Positions 51,948 to 59,307 of a stretch of 64,000 nucleotides of DNA are shown in pieces. Every line of letters begins with the position of its first letter. Within the stretch, counting starts at the first letter, position 1. The DNA is taken from the NCBI GenBank assembly GCA_035379625.1, contig DAOSVM010000004.1:6706-70705 (forward strand), written 5' to 3'. The notes under the pieces were generated by a model, which worked only from the letters and a program-made list of their open reading frames with translations, was not told the DNA's origin and did no database searches. The DNA is from Ignavibacteriales bacterium. GTDB lineage: Bacteria; Bacteroidota; Ignavibacteria; Ignavibacteriales; DAOSCP01. Made by a program: the position numbers and the translations under genes.

Positions 51948-53627
51948 ATGATTGATATTGCTAAAATTGTTGATGAAAAATTAAGTGATAGATATCCTAA
52001 AATATTGAAAAAATCATTTGCGTATATATTGAGTAAAATTTTGTGTTTGAAGAAAATTAATGATTTTATTTCTAATAACTCTGATAAGCGAGGTTTGGAA
52101 TTTATTGATGAAGTTTTTAATTATCTGAATATTGATTATACAATTTCTGAGAGGGATTTTAATAAAATACCATCTGAAGGGAAGTTAATAATTGTTGCAA
52201 ATCATCCTTTGGGTGGACTAGATGGATTGAGTTTGATAAAATTGTTAAGTAAAGTTAGAAATGATGTTAAAGTTGTGGCTAATAGCTATTTATTGAATAT
52301 CGAACAGTTGAGTGAATTTTTTATACCTTTTACGCTTGATAGTACTAATTTGCAGAAATCAAACATAGAAAAAATATTGAATCATTTGAATAATAATGGT
52401 GCGTTAATTTTCTTTCCTGCTGGGGAAGTTTCAAGACTGAAAGGTTTAACTGTGGTGGATGGGAAATGGCACAAAGGGGCGATTTTCTTTTCCAAGAAAA
52501 CAGGTGCGGATATTTTACCTATTTATGTGAAGGCTAAGAATTCTCCTTTATTTTATGCGGTTGGTGTTTTGAGTAAATTTTTATCGATGTTATTGCTTCC
52601 ATCTCAATTGTTTTATCAAAAAAATAAAACGATTTCTATAAAAGTAGGTAACTATATACCAGCAAAAAATATTGAAACTTTTGATTCAAATTATTCAATA
52701 AAATTGCTAAAGAAACATACTTATAGAATTGGTAAAGGAAGAAATGGAATATTTAAGACGGAAAATAATATCATACATCCTGTTAATGTAAAGTTAATTG
52801 TTGATGAGTTAAAAAAATCTACGGTTCTATTTAGTAAGGATAAAAAAACGGTTTTTTGTGTTAATTATAAAGAGGCCCCAAACGTAATTAATGAGATAGC
52901 AAGGCTCAGAGAACATACTTTTAGATTAGTTGGCGAAGGTACTGGTAAGAAAAAGGATATGGATGAATATGATAAACATTATGACCATATAGTTTTGTGG
53001 GATGATGATAGTTTGGAAATTATTGGTGCCTATAGACTTTACCATAGTTTAGGTAAAAATGTTAATAAATATTACACATCTAGTTTATTTGAGTTTTCAG
53101 ATAAGCTTATCGGTTTACTTCCAAATTCGATTGAATTAGGAAGAAGTTTTATTCAAAAAAAATATTGGAATACATATGCTCTTGAATATATATGGAAAGG
53201 AATTGGTAAGTATATTTTAATGAAAGAAAATGTAAGGTTTTTATTTGGAGTAGTAAGTCTTTCGAATACATTTCCGAATGATGCAAAAAAAATGATAGTA
53301 TATTTTTATGATAAATGGTATGGAGATGATTATGGTGTTAAGTCAAAAAATCCATATATTTTGAGTATTAAAGATAGAGATGAGTTAAGTAAAATATTAT
53401 ATGAAGATGATATTAAGAAGGATTATTTGATTTTGAAAAAGTATTTAAAAGGATTTGGTGTTGCAATCCCGACATTATATAAAAATTATTCTGAATTATG
53501 TGAAAGTGAAGGAATAAAATTTTTAGCATATGGAGTTGATGAAGATTTTGGAAATTGTATAGATAGTTTTATTATGCTGGATTTAAATTATATGAAAGAA
53601 GAAAAGAAAGAGAGGTATTTTATATAA
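51948..53627 (+). CDS. Bifunctional PlsC-type acyltransferase/GNAT N-acyltransferase (OlsF-like ornithine lipid synthase)
   Basis: N-terminal NHPLGGLD (HX4D) and FPAGEVSR; C-terminal RLREHTFR...GEG...DEYD, GAYR, ELGRSFI. Confidence 0.8.
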   Translation: MIDIAKIVDEKLSDRYPKILKKSFAYILSKILCLKKINDFISNNSDKRGLEFIDEVFNYLNIDYTISERDFNKIPSEGKLIIVANHPLGGLDGLSLIKLLSKVRNDVKVVANSYLLNIEQLSEFFIPFTLDSTNLQKSNIEKILNHLNNNGALIFFPAGEVSRLKGLTVVDGKWHKGAIFFSKKTGADILPIYVKAKNSPLFYAVGVLSKFLSMLLLPSQLFYQKNKTISIKVGNYIPAKNIETFDSNYSIKLLKKHTYRIGKGRNGIFKTENNIIHPVNVKLIVDELKKSTVLFSKDKKTVFCVNYKEAPNVINEIARLREHTFRLVGEGTGKKKDMDEYDKHYDHIVLWDDDSLEIIGAYRLYHSLGKNVNKYYTSSLFEFSDKLIGLLPNSIELGRSFIQKKYWNTYALEYIWKGIGKYILMKENVRFLFGVVSLSNTFPNDAKKMIVYFYDKWYGDDYGVKSKNPYILSIKDRDELSKILYEDDIKKDYLILKKYLKGFGVAIPTLYKNYSELCESEGIKFLAYGVDEDFGNCIDSFIMLDLNYMKEEKKERYFI

Positions 53628-53747
53628 AATAATTATAGCACATCTAAAATATTTACACATTTTTTTATTTACAAATAAGACATTGAAATATCATAAGTTG
53701 ATTTTTCCTATCTAACGAAAATTTTTTTTAAAAAGTAAAAATTTAAC

Positions 53748-53791
53748 TTGACATTAGGTTATTTTTTGATTAATTTGAAACAAAAGTTTCA
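53748..53791 (+). promoter_or_regulatory. Promoter with overlapping operator palindrome
   Basis: TTGACA(53748)-N17-TAATTT; perfect palindrome TGAAAC-AAAA-GTTTCA at 53776-53791. Confidence 0.7.
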
Positions 53792-53804
53792 TTAAGATAA
53801 TAAA

Positions 53805-54917
53805 ATGGGAAATAATTTTCATATGGAAGATTTAATTAAAACATTTACGGAATTGGTGAGAATTAAAGGTTTATCTGGAGAAGAGAATAATGTAGCAAAT
53901 TACATAAAGAATTATTTAATGCCATTAGGTTTGAAAGTTGAAGAAAGAGATTTAGAGAAGTTTACAGAGGGTAAATGTGGTAATATAATAGCAACGTATA
54001 AAGATGGTGGAGAGATTGCTTTATGTGCACATATGGATACTGCAAGAAATACAGAAAATGTTAATGTAATTATTGAAAATGGAATGATAAAATCTGATGG
54101 TAAGCAGCAGCTTGGTGCAGATTGTAGGTTAGGAATAGCAGTAATTTTAAGTGCTGTTAAGGATTTGATTGAAAATAATAAAGCTACAACTGGTTTTACT
54201 TTGATTTTTACTTCTCAAGAAGAGACAACTATGAATGGTTCAAAGAATATTACTGTGCCCAATAATGTTAAACATATTTTTATTATGGATAGCGCTTGGA
54301 GGCCCGGTTTTTTTATTTATGGAGCACCTGGTGCTGTAGAATTTAAATTAGAATTGTTTGGTAAGAGTGCTCACGCAGGAATTGAGCCTGAGAAAGGAAT
54401 AAATGTAATAAAAATGTTGGGTGATATTTTGGTGGAAATTCCGCAAGGAAGAGTTGATGATGAATCTACTATAAATGTTGCTATAATTAATGCTGGGAGT
54501 GCAATAAATGTTGTTCCAGATTATGCGTTAGTAAGGGGAGAAATTAGGTCTTTTAAGGAAGAAAAGGTTGAAGAGTATATAAATTTAATAGATGAAGTTT
54601 GTGATGATGTAACGAAGAGATATAATGCATCATATAATTTTGAATATAATTGGGATTTTAAGCCTTACACTTTTACAAAAGAAGATGAAGCATATAGAAT
54701 AATATATAAAGCTATCGAAAAGAATGGATTAGTTCCTAAACCAGTTCTATCCTATGGAGGTAGTGATGTTAATAATTTTAATGAAAGGGGATATAAAGCT
54801 ATAAATGTTGGCACGGGGGCACAGAATCCACATTCGAATGATGAGTTTGTTCTAATTGAAGATATGGAAAAAGATGTTAATCTTTGCAAAATTTTATTAA
54901 CTAATAAATTTATATAA
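53805..54917 (+). CDS. M20 family metallopeptidase (peptidase T-like)
   Basis: Metal-binding motifs AHMDT, LGAD, QEE, IMDS, NPHSNDE; GKSAHAGIEPEKGIN, GGSD. Confidence 0.88.
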   Translation: MGNNFHMEDLIKTFTELVRIKGLSGEENNVANYIKNYLMPLGLKVEERDLEKFTEGKCGNIIATYKDGGEIALCAHMDTARNTENVNVIIENGMIKSDGKQQLGADCRLGIAVILSAVKDLIENNKATTGFTLIFTSQEETTMNGSKNITVPNNVKHIFIMDSAWRPGFFIYGAPGAVEFKLELFGKSAHAGIEPEKGINVIKMLGDILVEIPQGRVDDESTINVAIINAGSAINVVPDYALVRGEIRSFKEEKVEEYINLIDEVCDDVTKRYNASYNFEYNWDFKPYTFTKEDEAYRIIYKAIEKNGLVPKPVLSYGGSDVNNFNERGYKAINVGTGAQNPHSNDEFVLIEDMEKDVNLCKILLTNKFI

Positions 54918-54921
54918 AGTT

Positions 54922-55755
54922 ATGAAAAAGATAATTGCATTTTTAAGTTTATTTATGATTGTTTTGGCTAATCCGAAAGGAAATTTGTTTATAGTAGGTG
55001 GTGGAAATATTAGTCAAGAATTGCTATCAAATTTTGTAGATTTAGCAGGTGGAAAGGATGCTAGAATTGTGATAATTCCTATTGCAAGTGAAGAACCATT
55101 GGAAGCAGGGAAGAGTAGGTTGGAAAAATTTAAGCAATTGGGCTGTACTAACGTTAAAGTTGTAATTTTTGATAGAAATAATGCTGATAGCGATAGTATA
55201 ACGGCGTATTTTGATGGAGTTAAAGGTGTTTTTTTTGGTGGAGGTGATCAAAATAAAATAACAAATGCGTTGCTTGGGACAAAATTGTTAGGAAAAATTT
55301 TTCAAATTTATGAAAATGGTGGTGTGATAGGAGGAACATCTGCTGGGGCGGCTATTATGAGTAAAATTATGCTCACTGGAAATGAATTGGTATGTAAAGA
55401 TACTGTTAATTCTTTTTCTACAATTATGAAAAGGAATGTTGAAGTTAAGGAGGGTTTAGGTTTTGTGAATGAATTTATAGTTGATCAGCATTTTGTGAAA
55501 AGAAAAAGGCATAATAGGTTGTTAAGTGTTTTATTGGATAATCCAGATAAGCCTTGCGTTGGGATTGATGAAGCAACAGCGGTTATTTATCACGGTGGGA
55601 AAATAAAAGTTGTTGGTGAATCCAATGTAATAATTTATAAGATAAAAGATAAAAAAAGCATTAAGGTTAATAAGAATAATATATATTCAGCAAAAGATAT
55701 TGAAATGCAGTTACTTGTAGAGGGTGATGAATATAGTTTTAGAGGTAAGAAATGA
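54922..55755 (+). CDS. cphB: Cyanophycinase (S51 peptidase) with signal peptide
   Basis: LFIVGGG, IPIAS, FFGGGDQ, GGTSAGAAIMS (catalytic Ser), VDQHF..R.R.NRL, GIDEATA; N-terminal MKKIIAFLSLFMIVLA. Confidence 0.88.
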   Translation: MKKIIAFLSLFMIVLANPKGNLFIVGGGNISQELLSNFVDLAGGKDARIVIIPIASEEPLEAGKSRLEKFKQLGCTNVKVVIFDRNNADSDSITAYFDGVKGVFFGGGDQNKITNALLGTKLLGKIFQIYENGGVIGGTSAGAAIMSKIMLTGNELVCKDTVNSFSTIMKRNVEVKEGLGFVNEFIVDQHFVKRKRHNRLLSVLLDNPDKPCVGIDEATAVIYHGGKIKVVGESNVIIYKIKDKKSIKVNKNNIYSAKDIEMQLLVEGDEYSFRGKK

Positions 55756-57131
55756 AAAAGGGACTGAATACATTGCTGTTGATATATTTAATTGTAATAT
55801 TTGCAGCAATTATGACTTATATTTTACCTGCAGGAGAGTATCAGAGAGAAGAACAAAATGGGAAGACGGTTGTTGTTCCAAATTCTTTTAAAACACTTAA
55901 GCAAAATATACCACAAGGAGTTGATAAAGTTATTTTAGCACCGATAAAAGGTTTTGAAAAAGCTGCAGAGATAATTGTATTTATATTGATAATAGGTGGG
56001 GCTTTTTCAGTGATACAAAAAACAGGTGCTATAGATATAGGTTTAAAAAAGATTGCATTTGTTATGAGTAGAAAGCCAGGGTTGCAGAAATATTTTATTC
56101 CAGTAACAATGACATTTTTTTCATTAGGTGGTTCTTTATTTGGAATGTGTGAAGAGACGATGCCATTTGTTTTAATTTTTATTCCATTAGCAATTGCTTT
56201 GGGATATGATTCATTAGTTGGTACAGCGATTCCATTTTTAGGTGCAGCAGCAGGTTTTGCAGGTGCTATATTAAATCCATTTACATTAGGTATAGCTTTA
56301 AAGATAACTGAATTGCCTTATGATATTGGATTAGGTTATAGAATTTTAATTTGGTTTATAAGTACAATTTCTATGATAACATTTGTGCAAATATATGCAA
56401 ATAAAATCAAAAAAAATCCTGAGAAAAGTTTGGTTTATGATATTGATAAGAATAGGCATATAGATTTTAGTTTGAAAGAAGATGTTGATTTCCAATTGAA
56501 ACATAAAATTATATTATTATCTATAGCTATAGCTATGGTTATAATGGTTTGGGGAATATTGGCAAAAGGTTGGTTTATAATTGAAATTGCTGGACTTTTT
56601 ATGGTGTTAGGTATACTGAGTGGAATTATAGCAAAAATGGATTCTAATTCTATAATTGAAACATTTAAAGATGGGGCAAAAGATTTCATAGGTGTAGCTT
56701 TTATTATTGCTTGTGCGAAAGGTTTATTGGTAATAGCACAGGATGGTAAGATTATAGATACGATGTTGTTTTATATGTCGAATGTAATAAGTTATTTGCA
56801 TCCAATAGTAGCAGCACAGATGATGTTTATAACGCAAGGAGTAATAAACTTTTTTGTTCATTCAGGTTCAGGGCAAGCGGCATTAACGATGCCGGTGATG
56901 GCACCGCTTGCAGATGTTTTGGGTATTCCAAGATTTGCTGCTGTTTTGGCGTTTCAATTTGGGGAGGGTTGGATAAATCCGATTTTACCAACAAGTGGTG
57001 TAACAATGGGAGTTTTAGGATTAGCTGGCATTCCTTATAATAAATGGTTTAAATGGATTTTAATTATTCAAATATACTTTTTCATCTTAGCACTAATCTT
57101 GTTAATTCCAGCAGTATTAATAAAATTTTAA
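55752..57131 (+). CDS. YfcC/ArcD-like (DcuC family) transporter
   Basis: TYILPAGEYQR, GMCEE, LNPFT, SGSGQAALTMPVMAPLAD, AFQFGEG, PTSG. Confidence 0.85.
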   Translation: MKKGLNTLLLIYLIVIFAAIMTYILPAGEYQREEQNGKTVVVPNSFKTLKQNIPQGVDKVILAPIKGFEKAAEIIVFILIIGGAFSVIQKTGAIDIGLKKIAFVMSRKPGLQKYFIPVTMTFFSLGGSLFGMCEETMPFVLIFIPLAIALGYDSLVGTAIPFLGAAAGFAGAILNPFTLGIALKITELPYDIGLGYRILIWFISTISMITFVQIYANKIKKNPEKSLVYDIDKNRHIDFSLKEDVDFQLKHKIILLSIAIAMVIMVWGILAKGWFIIEIAGLFMVLGILSGIIAKMDSNSIIETFKDGAKDFIGVAFIIACAKGLLVIAQDGKIIDTMLFYMSNVISYLHPIVAAQMMFITQGVINFFVHSGSGQAALTMPVMAPLADVLGIPRFAAVLAFQFGEGWINPILPTSGVTMGVLGLAGIPYNKWFKWILIIQIYFFILALILLIPAVLIKF

Positions 57132-57146
57132 TAATTGGGAGGTATT

Positions 57147-58277
57147 ATGAAAAACAAATTATTTACAATTGTTTTTATTCTTTTAGCTTATTATAATTCT
57201 TATTCACAAGTTTCTTTTGTAAATTCAAAAGGTGATTATGGAATAAGGTTATCAGATTATGCAAATATTAATCCCTATAAAGGATCAATTGTAAAAGCTA
57301 ATAGGCAAATTTATCAAACGTCATTGTTGATTTCAACAGGCAAAGATTTCTCTATTAATAATGTTAATGATTTAAACATGCTTGATTCAGCTGTAGCTGT
57401 TAGTAATCCACAAAAAAGTTTATATGAATTAACTGTAAGTAATTCAAATGAAAGTTTAATGCCTGGTTTAGTAGTAAAAACATCAATTTATGGTTGGCAA
57501 AATAGATATTCGATAATAAAATATACTTTATTTAATAATAGTACTAAAGCAATTATAGCAAAACTTGGTTTAGAAGTACAACCTAATTTAGATGCAGGTT
57601 ATGGTAATGAAAATATTTCTTATTTGAATGATTCAAAAATTGTTATGATGAATAGGGCATTACCAACTACAAAGACAAAATTAGGAATAAAGTTTCAAAA
57701 ACCAGTTTATGCACTTCATTCATTTGATTGGTATCCAGAGTATGATACTTTGAAATATGCTGTAAGAGATTCATTATATTGGAGTTATGCGAATAATAAA
57801 CAAATTAATTCATATACAAATGTTCCAAGTTCGGATGGGCAAGTTGTAATTATATATTTTGATGATGCTACGATAAATCCAAGTTCTAATTATGATGTAT
57901 TTTTTGCTTATGCACTTGCAACAACACAAGATTCAGTTGTTACGATGTTGAATGAAGCTGAAACAAAATTTAATGATTTTATCACACCTGTAGAGAAAAT
58001 TGTAAATATTCCAGCTGATTATGAATTGTATCAGAATTATCCAAATCCATTTAATCCTTCAACAAATATCAAATTTTCAATTCCAAAGAGTGATTTTGTT
58101 ACATTAAATGTTTATAATTTATTGGGGCAGAAGGTTGCAACTTTAGTTGAAAATGAATTAACAGCAGGAACATATAATGTAAAATTTGATGCTAATAATT
58201 TAAATAGTGGCATTTATTTTTATGAATTGAAAACAAATAGTTATAGTGTAAGTAGAAAGATGTTACTTGTAAAATAA
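57147..58277 (+). CDS. T9SS-sorted secreted protein of unknown function
   Basis: Signal peptide; C-terminal LYQNYPNPFNPSTNI...SGIYFY...KMLLVK domain; ATG after GGAGG. Confidence 0.85.
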   Translation: MKNKLFTIVFILLAYYNSYSQVSFVNSKGDYGIRLSDYANINPYKGSIVKANRQIYQTSLLISTGKDFSINNVNDLNMLDSAVAVSNPQKSLYELTVSNSNESLMPGLVVKTSIYGWQNRYSIIKYTLFNNSTKAIIAKLGLEVQPNLDAGYGNENISYLNDSKIVMMNRALPTTKTKLGIKFQKPVYALHSFDWYPEYDTLKYAVRDSLYWSYANNKQINSYTNVPSSDGQVVIIYFDDATINPSSNYDVFFAYALATTQDSVVTMLNEAETKFNDFITPVEKIVNIPADYELYQNYPNPFNPSTNIKFSIPKSDFVTLNVYNLLGQKVATLVENELTAGTYNVKFDANNLNSGIYFYELKTNSYSVSRKMLLVK

Positions 58278-58416
58278 GGTTAAATTATTAGATGGCAAAA
58301 AGAATAAATGTATTGATTAGAATGTTTATAGTATAATATGATATTTATGAGTGGAATTAAATATTAAGGGTAGTATTTGTGAATTGATTTGGAGTCATTA
58401 TTTAAAAGAGTTTATA

Positions 58417-58484
58417 GCGGGCCGAACGGCCCGCTGCCCCGTGCGGCGGTGGCCGCACGGGGCTAAGCTTACACCGTCTGAGTA
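58417..58484 (+). repeat. Solo right end of the repeat family (copy F)
   Basis: GCGGGCCG-aa-CGGCCCGC, then GCCCCGTGCGGC-ggtg-GCCGCACGGGGC, then TAAGCTTACACCGTCTGAGTA. About 45 bp upstream also resembles the element 1 interior. Confidence 0.9.
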
Positions 58485-58505
58485 ATAATAAAAATTTTTT
58501 TTTGG

Positions 58506-59300
58506 ATGTCTATGGATGTTTTAAAGGAAATAGCAAAATCACTTAAGGGATTACCTGATAAGCAAAAGCAAATTGCTCAATATTTTATAGATAATTTTGA
58601 TAGGATTCCATTTTTATCTATAGATGAAATTGCACAAGAGGCTAAAACTAGTAAAGCAAGTATAGTAAGATTTGCGCAAAATATTGGTGTTAAAGGTTTT
58701 TATGAATTGAAGGATGGTATTTCAAAGGAATTGCAAAAAAAGATAAATGATAATGAAATTGTTTTTATTGATGATGATGCTGGAAGTAAGAGAAAATTAT
58801 ATCAAGAAGTTGTTAATATAGAAATTAACAATATATATTCGACATTTAAGAATTTAAATGAAGGTGAATTTGAGGATGTAATAAAAGATATAATTACTGC
58901 AAAAAGAGTTATATGTGCTGGTTTGGGACTATCTCATTTTATGGCTAGTATTTTGCAGTATGAGTTAAGTTTATTGCAAATTGATGCAAGGAATTTGAAT
59001 AATAATTTGCCAAGTTTTATAGAACAAATAAAAATGTATGATGAAAATGATGTAGTTATTGCATTTTCGTTTCCACCTTATTCAAATCCTACGATTGAAT
59101 TAGCAAAATATTGTAGAATGAATAATATTAAATTGATAGGGGTTACTAATAAGCTAAGTTCCCCTATCATAACGTATGCATATAAAAGTTTAATAGTAAA
59201 AACTGAAAATGTTATAAATACTAATTCATCGGCTGCGGTTTTTGTATTGATAAATGCTGTAACAACATCTATCGCAAAACGATTGAAATTGAAAAAATAG
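58506..59300 (+). CDS. MurR/RpiR family transcriptional regulator
   Basis: HTH (SIDEIAQEAKTSKASIVRFAQNIGVKGF) plus SIS domain (GLGLS, AFSFPPYS, VTNKLSSPI). Confidence 0.93.
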   Translation: MSMDVLKEIAKSLKGLPDKQKQIAQYFIDNFDRIPFLSIDEIAQEAKTSKASIVRFAQNIGVKGFYELKDGISKELQKKINDNEIVFIDDDAGSKRKLYQEVVNIEINNIYSTFKNLNEGEFEDVIKDIITAKRVICAGLGLSHFMASILQYELSLLQIDARNLNNNLPSFIEQIKMYDENDVVIAFSFPPYSNPTIELAKYCRMNNIKLIGVTNKLSSPIITYAYKSLIVKTENVINTNSSAAVFVLINAVTTSIAKRLKLKK

Positions 59301-59307
59301 GTGTGAT

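Noticed and set aside
20991..58484. Repeats as a CRISPR array
   Set aside because: The copies are dispersed over kilobases in both orientations, with no regular spacers and no cas genes.
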